Assembly (NCBI GenBank): GCA_041572995.1 | Contig: JBFFRO010000001.1 | Location: forward strand, 1-26,908 | From: Thiohalomonadaceae bacterium | GTDB lineage: Bacteria; Pseudomonadota; Gammaproteobacteria; Thiohalomonadales; Thiohalomonadaceae | Direction of reading: 5' to 3' | Length of the DNA stretch: 26,908 bases | In this document: in pieces, positions 8,307 to 19,880 of the stretch | Layout of the letters: every line of letters starts with the position of its first letter | How positions within the stretch are numbered: position 1 is the stretch's first letter | Notes under the pieces: generated by a model | Databases searched by the model: none | Seen by the model: only the letters and a program-made list of their open reading frames with translations | Told to the model about the DNA's origin: nothing | Made by a program: the position numbers and the translations under genes

Positions 8307-10265
8307 TCAGAACACCAGGTTGAGCATGCTCAACGAGACGATCAGGAAGAGGATGGTCATCACACCGCCGGCGCGCATGAAGTCCGGCACGCGATAACCG
8401 GCCGGGCCCATGATCAGGGCGTTCACCTGGTGGGTGGGGATGAGGAAGGAGTTGGAGGTGGCGATGGCCACGGTCAGGGCGAAGACCGCCGGGTCGGCGT
8501 CTGCACCGATGGCGATGTTGACCGCCAGCGGCACCAGCAGCACGGTGGCTCCGACGTTGGACATCACCAGGGTGAAGAAGGTGGCGAGCACGGCGATGGC
8601 CGCCTGAATCACCCAAATGGGCATGCCGCCGAGTACCGAGAGGGTCTGGTCGGCGATCCAGGCGGCGGTGCCGGAGGACTCCACGGCCAGCCCCAGCGGG
8701 ATCAGCGAGGCGAGTAGGAAGACGGTCTTCCAGCTCACCGCCTCATAGGCCTCGTCGATGGTCAGTACCTGGGTGAGGATCATGCCCATGGCGCCGGTGA
8801 GCAGGGCCACGGAGAGGCGCAGGTCGGTGAACAGCACCAGGCCCAGGGTGATGACGAAGAAGATCAGGGCGAAGGGCACCTTGTTCGGGCGCAGTTCCTC
8901 GTGCGGGTACTCGGTGGTCACCACCACGAAGTTGCGATCTTTCTCCAGGCGCGCCAGGTCGGACCAGCTGGTGTGCACCACCAGGGTGTCGCCGGCCTGC
9001 AGCGGCATCTGACGCACGCCGCCTTCGTTGGCGCTGCTGATGGTCTCACCACCGCGGTTGATGGCCAGCAGGTTTAGACCGTAGGTCTTGCGCAGCCACA
9101 GGTCACGGGCGGTCTTGCCAATGTGTGCGGAGGAGGGGGGAATCACCAGTTCGGCGATACCGGCCTTGGTCGGCACCAGCACCTCGGCGAACTGCTCCAG
9201 CTCAGCCTTGGCCTCCAGAGCGTTGGCCTCGAGGAAGGCCTTCAGGTTGGTGCTGTTGGCCAGCAGGCCAAGCACGGTACCGGGCTCGATACCGATTTCG
9301 CGGTCCACGCCGTCGGCGCCGATGCGCGGGCCGTCGCCCTTGTCCACGGCCACCACGCGCACCTTGTAGCGGGTCTCCATCTCATCCACGCTCATGCCGG
9401 AGAGCGGACTCTCGGCGGGGATGCGCACCTCGTTCAGCTCGAAGCTGTCGATGCCGTAGGTATCGGCAAAGTAGTCCATGGCGTTCTCGCCCTCGGTGCG
9501 CTCGCTCTTGTTGGCGGGCAGGACAAAACGGCCGGCGACGACGAAGTAGATGATGCCGGTGGCCACCAGCGCCAGGCCGATGGGGGTGACCGAGAACAGC
9601 GAGAAGGTCTCCATCTGCTGCGCCTCGGGCAGGGCGGTGTTGGAGGTGAGGATCAGGTCGTTGAGCAGAATCAGCGGGCTGGAACCGACCATGGTCACGG
9701 TGCCGCCGAGGATGGCGCAGAAGCCCATGGGCATCAGCAGGCGCGATAGCGGCAGGCCGGTACGTGCGGAGATGCGGCTGACCACCGGCAGGAACAGCGC
9801 CGCGGCGCCAACGTTCTGCATGAACGAGGAGATGATGCCGACGGTGCTGGAGAGGATGGGGATGATGCGTCCCTCGCTGCTGCCACCGATGCGCAGGATA
9901 AAGGCCGCCACCTGGCTCATGATGCCGGTTTTGTCGAGGCCGGCACCGATGATCATCACCGCGATGATGGAGATCACCGCGTTGGAGGCAAAGCCGTTAA
10001 AGAGGTGCTCGGCGGGAACCAGACCCTTGTCCAGTCCCATTGCTGGGGCCAGCAGATTGGTCAGGCCCAGCAGTACCATGACGGTGACCGCGGCGACGTC
10101 CACACCGACCACCTCAAAGGCAAAGAGGTAGATGGTGAAGAGCAGGATGGCGGTGACCCAGGCAATCTCGATGGTCGGTACCGCTTGTGCGGCGAACAGG
10201 GCGATGATCGCGAAGATCACTCCGGCGATCAGCGCCTTTTTGTTGGTGGCTACGAAGTCGTTCAC
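8307..10265 (-). CDS. SLC13/DASS-family permease with two central TrkA-C (RCK_C) domains
   Basis: 652 aa with hydrophobic N- and C-terminal halves. SSFMQNVGA, MSNVGATVLL and SNSFLIPTHQVN motifs. Soluble middle with repeats ...IPAESPLSG and ...IPPSSAHIG. GTG start after GGAG. Confidence 0.85.
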   Translation of the reverse strand: MNDFVATNKKALIAGVIFAIIALFAAQAVPTIEIAWVTAILLFTIYLFAFEVVGVDVAAVTVMVLLGLTNLLAPAMGLDKGLVPAEHLFNGFASNAVISIIAVMIIGAGLDKTGIMSQVAAFILRIGGSSEGRIIPILSSTVGIISSFMQNVGAAALFLPVVSRISARTGLPLSRLLMPMGFCAILGGTVTMVGSSPLILLNDLILTSNTALPEAQQMETFSLFSVTPIGLALVATGIIYFVVAGRFVLPANKSERTEGENAMDYFADTYGIDSFELNEVRIPAESPLSGMSVDEMETRYKVRVVAVDKGDGPRIGADGVDREIGIEPGTVLGLLANSTNLKAFLEANALEAKAELEQFAEVLVPTKAGIAELVIPPSSAHIGKTARDLWLRKTYGLNLLAINRGGETISSANEGGVRQMPLQAGDTLVVHTSWSDLARLEKDRNFVVVTTEYPHEELRPNKVPFALIFFVITLGLVLFTDLRLSVALLTGAMGMILTQVLTIDEAYEAVSWKTVFLLASLIPLGLAVESSGTAAWIADQTLSVLGGMPIWVIQAAIAVLATFFTLVMSNVGATVLLVPLAVNIAIGADADPAVFALTVAIATSNSFLIPTHQVNALIMGPAGYRVPDFMRAGGVMTILFLIVSLSMLNLVF

Positions 10266-10367
10266 AGGGGGTACTCCAAGTTCTAATTATGTAGTTTTAT
10301 CTTTTCGCTTCCATGGAAGGCGCAAAATGGTAGCAAATACGTCGCAGATGTGCGATGTGTGGCGTGA

Positions 10368-11312
10368 TCAGGCGCCGCGTAGCGCCTCCAGCACCCCGGC
10401 GGGGTCGGGGCGGCGTTTGGCCGTGTCGTAGCGCTCTGCGGCCTGCGGGTAATGGCGGCGCAGGTAGCCCAGCCACTGCTTCAGTCGCATGCTGGCGGTG
10501 CGCTCGCTGTACTCGCTCTCCATCATCTCGCTAAAGCGCTGCATCAGCCCCAGTAGCGCCTGCCAGTCGCCCTCGACCGCCTGGTCGGCGGCGATGGCGG
10601 CCCCCAGCCACGGATCGGAGAGGGCGCCGCGACCGATCATCAGGTCGTTGCAGCCGCTGATCTCACGACAGCGACGGGCATCCTCGACGCTCCAGATCTC
10701 ACCGTTGGCAATCAGCGGCAGCGCCACGCTTTCCCTGATGCGTGCCAGCCACTCCCAGTGGGCCGGGGCACGATAGCCCTCGGCGCGGGTACGGGCATGC
10801 ACCGTCAGCCAGTCGGCCCCGGCACTCTCGATGCCACGGGCTAGATCCAGGGTGTGGCCGGTGTCGTCATAGCCCAGGCGCATCTTGGCCGTGACCGGGG
10901 TTTCGGCTGGCACCGCGGCGCGTACCGCCTCGACGATGGCGAAAACTCGCTCGGGCTCGCGCAGCAGGGCGGCGCCGCCACCGTGGCGGTTCACGGTCTT
11001 GGCCGGACAGCCGAAGTTGAGGTCGATGCCGGGGGCGCCGAGCTCTGCCGCGCGCAGGGCATTCTCGGCCATCAGGGTGGGATCGCTGCCGAGCAGCTGC
11101 AGGTAGACCGGCTGTCCCGTGGGGGTGCGGCCGCCGTTCTTCAGTTCCGGGCAGTATTTGTGGAAGACGCGCCGCGGCAGCAGGTTACCGCTGACGCGCA
11201 CGAACTCGGTGACGCAGGCATCGAAGCCTCCCCCCGGTCCCGTCAGCGCCGTGAGCAGGGCACGCAGCTGGTGATCCAGCACCCCCTCCATGGGGGCGAG
11301 GAAGAGGCTCAT
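10368..11312 (-). CDS. dusC: tRNA-dihydrouridine synthase C
   Basis: LAPMEGV, LQLLG, DLNFGCP, VTAKMRLG, TVHART, NGEI, MIGRG and RLKQWL. Confidence 0.88.
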   Translation of the reverse strand: MSLFLAPMEGVLDHQLRALLTALTGPGGGFDACVTEFVRVSGNLLPRRVFHKYCPELKNGGRTPTGQPVYLQLLGSDPTLMAENALRAAELGAPGIDLNFGCPAKTVNRHGGGAALLREPERVFAIVEAVRAAVPAETPVTAKMRLGYDDTGHTLDLARGIESAGADWLTVHARTRAEGYRAPAHWEWLARIRESVALPLIANGEIWSVEDARRCREISGCNDLMIGRGALSDPWLGAAIAADQAVEGDWQALLGLMQRFSEMMESEYSERTASMRLKQWLGYLRRHYPQAAERYDTAKRRPDPAGVLEALRGA

Positions 11313-11938
11313 GGGGCCAGCAGGCGCCGTGCCTCGGCGATGAGGGCCGAGCGTTTGAACAACAGCTGCCAGCGGCTACCTCCGCTCTGACGCCAGAGCA
11401 CCGCCGAGCGCATGCCGGCCAGCAGCAGGGCGCGTACCTTCTCCGCCACATAGGGGTTGTTGAGATGGCCGTGGGCGCCGTTGACCATAATGCGTGGGGT
11501 GAGGGTGCTGACGCTATTGCCGTAGGTGTCGGCCAGGCGGGCGATGATATTGCTGTGAGTCAATTCGAAATGCTCGCGCTGGCGCTCGGCCTCGGCCAGC
11601 CCCTCGCTGATGGTGTTGAGCAGGTCGCGGCGCTTGCCGAGCTTGGTCTCCAGGTGGAGCAGGGCGATGGCGTAGCGGCTCACCTCAATGTTGCGCTTGG
11701 GCGCGGTGTTGGCGTCGCCACCCAGCTGGCTGACCAGCATCTCCAGGCCGGGGCGTAGGTGATCGAGGCTACCGTACACCTCCAGGGTGGTGTGCGGGTC
11801 GGTGATAAATAGGCTGCGGATCATGGTCTCGAAGGGACCGGGATCGACGCCGCCGGTACGCGCCACCTGGGCCACCTGGGTGGCGGCCTGGAAGACCCCG
11901 GCCAGGGCCAGGGTGCGGTCGGTCATGCTCTTGCTCAT
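11309..11938 (-). CDS. hflD: High frequency lysogenization protein HflD
   Basis: [46 protein letters not shown]. Overlaps mnmA by 4 bp. Confidence 0.93.
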   Translation of the reverse strand: MSKSMTDRTLALAGVFQAATQVAQVARTGGVDPGPFETMIRSLFITDPHTTLEVYGSLDHLRPGLEMLVSQLGGDANTAPKRNIEVSRYAIALLHLETKLGKRRDLLNTISEGLAEAERQREHFELTHSNIIARLADTYGNSVSTLTPRIMVNGAHGHLNNPYVAEKVRALLLAGMRSAVLWRQSGGSRWQLLFKRSALIAEARRLLAP

Positions 11939-13041
11939 TCGTTGTCGCTCTCGGTCGATTCGATCACCCCGCCACCCAGACAGCGCTCGTCGTCATAGAA
12001 GACCACCGACTGACCGGGGGTGACGGCCCGTTGCTGTTCATCGAAGCGCACCGTGCAGCGTCCGTTTTCGATGGCGGTGATGGTACATCCCTGGTCCTGC
12101 TGGCGGTAGCGCACCTTGGCCGTGCAGCTATAGGGCGCCGACGGCGCCTCGCCGCTCACCCAGTGCAGCTGTGCGGCCTGCAGCGAGCGGGAGAAGAGCA
12201 ACGGGTGATCGTGCCCCTGTACGGCGATCAACACGTTGCGCGACAGGTCTTTGGCGGCGACGAACCAGGGCTCCTCCGGGTAGCCGGGGACGCCGCCGAT
12301 GCCGAGTCCCTGACGTTGTCCCAGTGTGTAATACATCAGGCCATCGTGGCGGCCGATCAAGGTGCCCTCGGGGGTTTCGATGTCGCCGGGCTGGGCCGGT
12401 AGGTAGCGGGCGAGAAAATCCTTGAAGCGCCGCTCGCCGATAAAGCAGATGCCGGTGCTGTCTTTCTTGTCGTGGGTGACCAGACCGTGCTCCAGCGCCA
12501 GTTCGCGAACCCGTGGCTTTTCCAGTTCGCCGATGGGAAAGAGGCTGCGCGCAAGCTGCGTCTGGCCCAGGGTGTAGAGGAAGTAGCTCTGGTCCTTGTT
12601 GCGGTCGAGCCCGCGCAGCAGCAGGTAGCGGCCGGCCTGGTCGCGGCCAATGCGCGCGTAGTGACCGGTAGCGATGCGTTCGGCGCCCTGGTCCAGGGCG
12701 TGGTCGAGGAAGGCGCGGAACTTGATCTCCTGGTTGCAGAGAATGTCCGGGTTGGGGGTGCGCCCGGCCTTGTACTCGGCCAGGAAGTGCTCGAAGACCC
12801 GGTCCCAGTACTCGGCGGAGAAGTTCATCGCCAGCAGTTCCAGCCCCAGCTTCTCGCTCACTGCGCGGGCATCGCGCAGATCCTCGGTGGCGGTGCAGTA
12901 CTCCTCGGTGTCATCCTCCTCCCAGTTCTTCATGAACAGGCCGCGCACCCGGTGGCCCTGCTGCATGAGCAGCAGGGCGGCCACCGAGGAGTCGACCCCG
13001 CCGGATAGGCCGACGATGATATCCAGCGATTTATCCACCAA
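11935..13041 (-). CDS. mnmA: tRNA 2-thiouridine(34) synthase
   Basis: SGGVDS PP-loop, [42 protein letters not shown] start directly after the nudJ stop, with AGGAG SD. Confidence 0.97.
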   Translation of the reverse strand: MVDKSLDIIVGLSGGVDSSVAALLLMQQGHRVRGLFMKNWEEDDTEEYCTATEDLRDARAVSEKLGLELLAMNFSAEYWDRVFEHFLAEYKAGRTPNPDILCNQEIKFRAFLDHALDQGAERIATGHYARIGRDQAGRYLLLRGLDRNKDQSYFLYTLGQTQLARSLFPIGELEKPRVRELALEHGLVTHDKKDSTGICFIGERRFKDFLARYLPAQPGDIETPEGTLIGRHDGLMYYTLGQRQGLGIGGVPGYPEEPWFVAAKDLSRNVLIAVQGHDHPLLFSRSLQAAQLHWVSGEAPSAPYSCTAKVRYRQQDQGCTITAIENGRCTVRFDEQQRAVTPGQSVVFYDDERCLGGGVIESTESDNE

Positions 13042-13491
13042 TTAGAGCTCCTGCACCGTGTCCAGCGGCAGGCGCTTGCCGTGCAGGTAGTCCTCGATGC
13101 CGCGCATCACCAGCGGGCTGCGCAGGTAGTTGAGGCGCAGGCGCAGGGCGTCGAGGTCGAACCAGTGGTTGGCGAGGATATCCGGGTCGGTGGAGACTTG
13201 CGGGTCACGTGCTGAGGCCTTTCCGCAGAAGGCGGCGCGCAGGTAGGTGACGCCGTTGTGGGGGGAGCTCCAGCGGTAGATCCCCACCAGTGCCTCGGGG
13301 GTGAAGTGGCGTCCGGTCTCCTCCAGGGTCTCGCGGATCACCGCATCGATGATCGACTCGCCATCCTCGACGTGACCGGCCGGTTGGTTGAAGACAGAGT
13401 CTCCCTCCGGGGCCTCTTCCACCAGCAGGAAGCGGCCTCCCTCTTCGATGATGGCGGCGACGGTCAGGTGGGGTGTCCAGATGGTGCTCAT
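13042..13491 (-). CDS. nudJ: NUDIX hydrolase NudJ (YmfB)
   Basis: WTPHLTVAAI, FNQPAGHVEDGESIIDAVIRETLEETG Nudix box, LRSPLV. Conserved position upstream of mnmA. Confidence 0.88.
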   Translation of the reverse strand: MSTIWTPHLTVAAIIEEGGRFLLVEEAPEGDSVFNQPAGHVEDGESIIDAVIRETLEETGRHFTPEALVGIYRWSSPHNGVTYLRAAFCGKASARDPQVSTDPDILANHWFDLDALRLRLNYLRSPLVMRGIEDYLHGKRLPLDTVQEL

Positions 13492-13562
13492 GGCAGGGGC
13501 GTCGTGAATCGGTTACAAAGTGTAGCTAGGGTATCAAAACCACTGGAAGCGGACGAGAGACG

Positions 13563-14417
13563 ATGCTGAAGATTATCTGGATCCTGCTGGGACTGTTGCT
13601 GATCCTGCTGGCGTTGCTGGCGGTGGCCGAGGGGCTGGGGGGCATGGGCTTTGAGCGCCAGGCGCGGGAGAAGATGGCGCGCCTGGTGGAGCGGGCCGCC
13701 TCTGCCCCGGCCGGCACCATCGAACTGTCCGAACTGGAGGGGCTGCCCGAGCCGGTCAGTCGCTGGCTGCGTCACAGTGGGGTGGTGGGGCAGCCCCGTG
13801 CGGCTCTGGTGCGGGTGCAGCAGTCCGGGGAGTTTCGCCCCGGCGAGGATAAGCCGTGGCTGCCCTTCGAGGCGGAGCAGATCTACTCGCTGCATGAGCC
13901 GGGCTTTATCTGGCTGGCGCGGATTCGCGTTGCGCCGCTGCTCAACATCTATGTACGGGATCTCTACCTGGAGGGGCACGGCCACATGCGGGTCAAGCTG
14001 CTGGGGCTGAAGTCCCTGGCCGAGGCCGAGGGCGAGCAGCTCGATCAGGGGGCGCTGCTGCGCTTCCTCTCGGAGATTGTCTGGTTCCCTCAGGCGGCGC
14101 TGGCCGATTACATCGAGTGGAGCGCCCTGGAGGGGGATAGCGCCCGCGCCACCATCCGCTCCGGTGGCGTCGAGGCGAGTGTCGATTTCCTCTTCGATGA
14201 TGAGGGGCGGGTGAGCAAGGTCACCGCCGAGCGCTACCGGGAGGTAGAGGGGGCGTTCTCGCTGGATCACTGGGAGACCCCGCTCGATCACTACGGGCGT
14301 ATCGACGGGCGATCGCTGCCGCTAAGGGGGCGGGCCGTGTGGCACTTGCAGGGGCGGGAGTATGAGTACATCCGCCTGCGGGTGGATGCGCTGGAGATGG
14401 AGGCGGCGGGGGACTAG
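13563..14417 (+). CDS. Conserved hypothetical N-anchored protein (DUF6544-like)
   Basis: N-terminal hydrophobic helix. [14 protein letters not shown]...[28 protein letters not shown] and ERYR resemble that family as recalled. Confidence 0.7.
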   Translation: MLKIIWILLGLLLILLALLAVAEGLGGMGFERQAREKMARLVERAASAPAGTIELSELEGLPEPVSRWLRHSGVVGQPRAALVRVQQSGEFRPGEDKPWLPFEAEQIYSLHEPGFIWLARIRVAPLLNIYVRDLYLEGHGHMRVKLLGLKSLAEAEGEQLDQGALLRFLSEIVWFPQAALADYIEWSALEGDSARATIRSGGVEASVDFLFDDEGRVSKVTAERYREVEGAFSLDHWETPLDHYGRIDGRSLPLRGRAVWHLQGREYEYIRLRVDALEMEAAGD

Positions 14418-15049
14418 CGTCGACGCGGGGCCGGGCGTTGGCCCGCTGAGCGAGGTTTTGACCTCGACCTGGGTTTTGAATTGGGTTTAGGCCTGGCTGG
14501 GGGCGCCTCCACCTCGATGATCCGCCACTGCCCCGGTGTCAGCCCCTCCAGTGACCATTCGCCTATGGCGGCGCGGATCAGGCGCAGGGTAGGGTGGCCG
14601 ACCGCTGCGGTCATGCGCCGCACCTGACGGTTGCGCCCCTCGCGGATGCTCAATTCGATCCAGCTATCGGGCACGCTCTTGCGCACACGGATGGGGGGGA
14701 CGCGCGGCCACAGCCCCTCGGGCTCGTCGATACGCCGGGCCTCGGCCGGGCGGGTCATACCATCTTTCAGCTCGACACCCCGGCGCAGCTGCTCCAGCGC
14801 CTCATCCGTGATCGCCCCCTCTACCTGTACCCAGTAGGTCTTGGGCTTTTTGAAGCGCGGGTCGGCGATGCGTGCCTGCAGCGGACCGTTGTCGGTGAGC
14901 AGCAGCAGCCCCTCGCTATCCCGGTCCAGGCGACCGGCGGGGTAGAGGCCCTTTTGGTCGATGTAATCGGCCAGGGTCGTGCGTCCCTCAGCGTCGGTGA
15001 ACTGGCTGAGGACATCGTAGGGCTTGTTGAACAGCAGCAGGCGGGCCAT
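14414..15049 (-). CDS. rluE: 23S rRNA pseudouridine synthase E
   Basis: [29 protein letters not shown] (catalytic Asp), [12 protein letters not shown]. Divergent from icd, as in enterobacteria. Confidence 0.9.
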   Translation of the reverse strand: MARLLLFNKPYDVLSQFTDAEGRTTLADYIDQKGLYPAGRLDRDSEGLLLLTDNGPLQARIADPRFKKPKTYWVQVEGAITDEALEQLRRGVELKDGMTRPAEARRIDEPEGLWPRVPPIRVRKSVPDSWIELSIREGRNRQVRRMTAAVGHPTLRLIRAAIGEWSLEGLTPGQWRIIEVEAPPARPKPNSKPRSRSKPRSAGQRPAPRRR

Positions 15050-15055
15050 GGGGCT

Positions 15056-15061
15056 ATTCTA
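15056..15061 (-). promoter_or_regulatory. Candidate -10 element (TAGAAT) 6 nt upstream of the rluE ATG
   Basis: Minus strand reads GGG-TAGAAT-AGCCCC-ATG, with no SD. Confidence 0.5.
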
Positions 15062-15110
15062 CCCGAGGGCCCCGGTCGCTTGGGGCTCTTTTCCCCCATT
15101 CCTGCGGAAG

Positions 15111-15119
15111 TGGTAGAAT
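15111..15119 (+). promoter_or_regulatory. Candidate extended -10 promoter for icd
   Basis: TGgTAGAAT ending 34 nt upstream of ATG 15153. Confidence 0.55.
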
Positions 15120-15152
15120 GTGCGGCTTCCTCAATTTCCCTATGGAGTGGAC

Positions 15153-16409
<1,257 letters not shown>

Positions 16410-16430
16410 ATCGGCTGGGTCTGAAACGAG

Positions 16431-16467
16431 ACGGGGCGGCACCTCACGGTGCCGCCCCGTTTTCTTT
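16431..16467. terminator. Intrinsic terminator between icd and cspD
   Basis: ACGGGGCGGCACC-TCAC-GGTGCCGCCCCGT (13-bp perfect stem) followed by TTTCTTT. Confidence 0.88.
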
Positions 16468-16485
16468 GGGGGGTGTCAGCCCGAC

Positions 16486-16722
16486 TCAGGTCGCCTCGAC
16501 ATCTGGCTCGTCCAGCGCCTTGACGTAGGAGGCGGTCAGCCCTTTGGGTCCGTAGTAGAGGGAGAACTCCACCCGCTGGCCGCGGCGCAGGCTCTTGTAG
16601 CCGTCCATGTCGATGGCGGTGTGGTGGACGAAGATCTCATCTACCCCCTCGGCCTGCTCGTCCAGGAGGATGAAGCCGAAGCCCTTATCGTTGTTAAACC
16701 ACTTGACTGTGCCCTTGGCCAT
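16486..16722 (-). CDS. cspD: Cold-shock domain protein, CspD-like
   Basis: MAKGTVKWFNNDKGFGFI (RNP1), IFVHHTAI (RNP2), MDGYKSL. Divergent from clpS, the usual cspD position. Start reassigned to ATG 16722. Confidence 0.85.
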   Translation of the reverse strand: MAKGTVKWFNNDKGFGFILLDEQAEGVDEIFVHHTAIDMDGYKSLRRGQRVEFSLYYGPKGLTASYVKALDEPDVEAT

Positions 16723-16814
16723 ACCCACATCTTTATGGAACGGTGCGCTTGAGAGCCGCAAAGGGTGAGGCAACCGATTGATTTAGTCAAGTATGCCGCC
16801 GGCCGCCGGCCCTG

Positions 16815-16823
16815 TGGTATGTT
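16815..16823 (+). promoter_or_regulatory. Candidate extended -10 promoter for clpSA
   Basis: TGgTATGTT ending 32 nt upstream of ATG 16855. Confidence 0.4.
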
Positions 16824-16854
16824 TGACCCAGAACCTGTAACGACTCGGAAGACC

Positions 16855-17181
16855 ATGGCAGAACACGAACCCCACCACGGCGACGACGATCACGACCTGG
16901 CCGTCGAGGAGAGCAAGCCCAAGCTCAAGCGCCCACCCATGTACAAGGTGCTGTTGTTAAATGACGACTTCACCCCCATGGATTTTGTAGTGCACGTGTT
17001 GGAGCAGTTCTTCCGCATCGACCGCCACAAGGCGACCCAGATTATGCTTACGGTGCACACCGAGGGGCGCGCGGTCTGCGGCATCTACAGCCGCGAGGTG
17101 GCGGAGATGAAGGTGGAACAGGTGAACGACTATTCACGCAAGCACGAACACCCCCTACTGTGCGTGATGGAGCAGGAGTGA
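16855..17181 (+). CDS. clpS: ATP-dependent Clp protease adaptor ClpS
   Basis: [33 protein letters not shown]. Start reassigned to ATG 16855. Confidence 0.96.
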   Translation: MAEHEPHHGDDDHDLAVEESKPKLKRPPMYKVLLLNDDFTPMDFVVHVLEQFFRIDRHKATQIMLTVHTEGRAVCGIYSREVAEMKVEQVNDYSRKHEHPLLCVMEQE

Positions 17182-17188
17182 CGCGGAT

Positions 17189-19438
17189 ATGCTGAGTAAA
17201 GAGCTGGAATTCACCATTAACCTTGCCTACAAAGAGGCGAGGGAGAACAACCACGAGTTCATGACCGTGGAACACCTGCTGCTGGCGCTGCTGGATGACC
17301 CGGTGGCACGCCCCATCCTGCGCGCCTGCGGCGCCGAGCTGGAGGAGCTGCACGCGGATCTGAGCGACTTTATCGACGCCAATACCCCGCGGCTGATGGA
17401 AGGCCAGGAGACCCAGCCCACCCTCGGCTTCCAGCGGGTACTGCAGCGGGCGGTGTTCCAGGCCTCGTCCTCCGAGCGGCCCGAGGCCACCGGTGCCAAC
17501 GCCCTGGTGGCCCTGTTCAGCGAGAAGGAGTCGCAGGCGGTCTACCTGCTGGACCAGCAGGGGGTCACCCGCCTGGATGTGGTTAACCACATCTCCCACG
17601 GTGAGGAGGCCGATTTTGATGACCGGCGTGCCGAGCCCAGCGAGGGCGGCAACAACGGCGAGGCCCAGGAGAGCCCGCTGGAGGCCTACGCCACCAATCT
17701 CAACGAGGAGGCGGCCAAGGGCCGCATCGACCCGCTCATCGGTCGTAAGGACGAGCTGGAGCGCACCCTGCAGGTGCTCTGCCGCCGGCGCAAGAACAAC
17801 CCGCTGCTGGTGGGTGAGGCGGGGGTCGGCAAGACCGCCCTGGCAGAGGGGCTGGCACGCAAGATTGTCGAGGGCGAGGTGCCTGAGGTGCTGGCCGATG
17901 CCGAGGTCTACGCCCTGGATATGGGCGCGCTGGTGGCCGGCACCAAGTACCGCGGTGACTTCGAGAAGCGCCTCAAGGCGCTGCTCAAGGCGCTCAAGCA
18001 GCAGACCAACGCCATCCTCTTTATCGATGAGATTCATACCATCATCGGTGCCGGCTCTACCTCCGGCGGCAGCATGGACGCCTCCAACCTGCTGAAACCG
18101 GCACTGGCTGCCGGCGATCTCAAGTGCGTGGGCTCCACCACCTACCAGGAGTACCGCGGCATCTTCGAGAAGGACCATGCCCTGGCCCGTCGCTTCCAGA
18201 AGATCGACGTGCCCGAGCCGAGTGTGGCCGAGACGATTCAGATCCTCGAGGGGCTCAAGTCCCGCTTCGAGGAGCACCACGAGGTGAAGTTCACCCGCCC
18301 GGCACTGCGCCATGCGGTGGAGTTGGCCGAGCGCTATATCAACGAGCGCCACCTGCCGGACAAGGCGGTGGACGTGATCGACGAGGCGGGTGCTGCGCAG
18401 CGGCTGCTGGCCCCCTCCAAGCGCAAAAAGACCATCGGCGTGAAGGAGGTCGAGGCGGTGGTGGCCAAGATAGCGCGCATCCCGCCGAAGACCGTCTCCA
18501 GCTCCGACAAGGAGAACCTGCGCAACCTGGAGCGTGACCTGAAACTGATGATCTACGGTCAGGACCCGGCCATCGACGCGCTCTCGACCGCGATCAAGAT
18601 GTCCCGCTCCGGACTTGGCAGCGAGCAGAAGCCGATCGGCTCCTTCCTGTTTGCCGGTCCCACTGGCGTGGGCAAGACCGAGGTAACCCGCCAGCTGGCC
18701 AAGATCATGGGCATCGAGCTGATTCGCTTCGATATGTCCGAGTACATGGAGCGCCACACCGTCTCCCGCCTCATCGGTGCACCGCCCGGCTATGTCGGCT
18801 ACGACCAGGGTGGTTTGCTCACCGACGCGGTCAACAAGCACCCGCATGCCGTGGTGCTGCTGGATGAGATCGAGAAGGCCCACCCGGAGGTCTTTAACCT
18901 GCTGTTGCAGGTGATGGACCACGGCACGCTGACCGATAATAACGGTCGCAAGGCGGATTTCCGCAACGTGATCCTGGTGATGACCACCAATGCCGGGGCC
19001 GAGCAGATGGCACGCCGCTCCATCGGCTTCGCGCCGCAGGACCACACCACCGACGGTATGGAGGCGCTGAACAAGCTCTTCACACCAGAGTTCCGCAACC
19101 GCCTGGATGCCATCATTCAGTTCCAGCCGCTGGGCGATGATACCGTTGGCCACGTGGTGGACAAGTTCCTGCTGGAGCTTGAGGCGCAGCTGGAGGCCAA
19201 GGGTGTTTCCATCGAGCTCGACGAGGCGGCCCGTGCCTGGCTGGCCGAGCGCGGCTACGATAAGGCGATGGGGGCCCGCCCCATGGCCCGCCTGATCCGC
19301 GAGCGCCTGAAGAAGCCGATGGCCGAGGAGTTGCTGTTCGGTCGCCTGGAGAATGGCGGCAGTGTGCGGGTGACCGCGAAGGACGGGGAGCTGGCCTTCG
19401 AGTTCGTGGGCAGCGACGAGCCGGTGACGGTGGATTAG
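17189..19438 (+). CDS. clpA: ATP-dependent Clp protease ATP-binding subunit ClpA
   Basis: [13 protein letters not shown], Walker A GEAGVGKT and [28 protein letters not shown] loop; 749 aa, no ClpB-type middle domain. Confidence 0.97.
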   Translation: MLSKELEFTINLAYKEARENNHEFMTVEHLLLALLDDPVARPILRACGAELEELHADLSDFIDANTPRLMEGQETQPTLGFQRVLQRAVFQASSSERPEATGANALVALFSEKESQAVYLLDQQGVTRLDVVNHISHGEEADFDDRRAEPSEGGNNGEAQESPLEAYATNLNEEAAKGRIDPLIGRKDELERTLQVLCRRRKNNPLLVGEAGVGKTALAEGLARKIVEGEVPEVLADAEVYALDMGALVAGTKYRGDFEKRLKALLKALKQQTNAILFIDEIHTIIGAGSTSGGSMDASNLLKPALAAGDLKCVGSTTYQEYRGIFEKDHALARRFQKIDVPEPSVAETIQILEGLKSRFEEHHEVKFTRPALRHAVELAERYINERHLPDKAVDVIDEAGAAQRLLAPSKRKKTIGVKEVEAVVAKIARIPPKTVSSSDKENLRNLERDLKLMIYGQDPAIDALSTAIKMSRSGLGSEQKPIGSFLFAGPTGVGKTEVTRQLAKIMGIELIRFDMSEYMERHTVSRLIGAPPGYVGYDQGGLLTDAVNKHPHAVVLLDEIEKAHPEVFNLLLQVMDHGTLTDNNGRKADFRNVILVMTTNAGAEQMARRSIGFAPQDHTTDGMEALNKLFTPEFRNRLDAIIQFQPLGDDTVGHVVDKFLLELEAQLEAKGVSIELDEAARAWLAERGYDKAMGARPMARLIRERLKKPMAEELLFGRLENGGSVRVTAKDGELAFEFVGSDEPVTVD

Positions 19439-19460
19439 TTCTCCGGCGGACGGCTGAGCG

Positions 19461-19495
19461 AAAACGCCCGTCCCCCGTGAGGGGGCGGGCGTTTT
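19461..19495. terminator. Bidirectional intrinsic terminator between clpA and infA
   Basis: AAAACGCCCG(T)CCCCC-GTGA-GGGGGCGGGCGTTTT. Confidence 0.88.
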
Positions 19496-19519
19496 GTTTA
19501 TCCGCTGGCGGGAATGCCC

Positions 19520-19738
19520 TTAGCGGGCGCGGAAGGTGATGCGACCCTTGGTCAGGTCGTAGGGGGTCAGGGAGACCGTCACCTTGTCACCGGTGAGAAT
19601 GCGGATATAGTGTTTACGCATCTTGCCGGAGATGTGTGCAGTGACCACGTGGCCGTTCTCCAGCTCAACGCGGAACATGGTGTTCGGCAGGGTCTCGATG
19701 ACCGTGCCTTCCATCTCAATGCCTTCTTCTTTAGCCAT
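19520..19738 (-). CDS. infA: Translation initiation factor IF-1
   Basis: [30 protein letters not shown]...[15 protein letters not shown]; 72 aa. Confidence 0.99.
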   Translation of the reverse strand: MAKEEGIEMEGTVIETLPNTMFRVELENGHVVTAHISGKMRKHYIRILTGDKVTVSLTPYDLTKGRITFRAR

Positions 19739-19880
19739 GCCTTACTCTTGTTGATCCCTTGGCGCGGTCTGCGCGGGCAAGGGGTGATAAAGGATCCGAA
19801 AGCGAATTCAGCGCGCGATCATACCTGAGCGGAGGGGCCGGGCATAGCCCCCCCATGGGGATACTTTCCAGCAGCGGGCC

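Noticed and set aside
17048-19153. 701-aa antisense ORF over clpS/clpA
   Set aside because: Shadow ORF on the opposite strand of a well-conserved gene. High GC and codon bias suppress stops, and it has no recognisable motifs.
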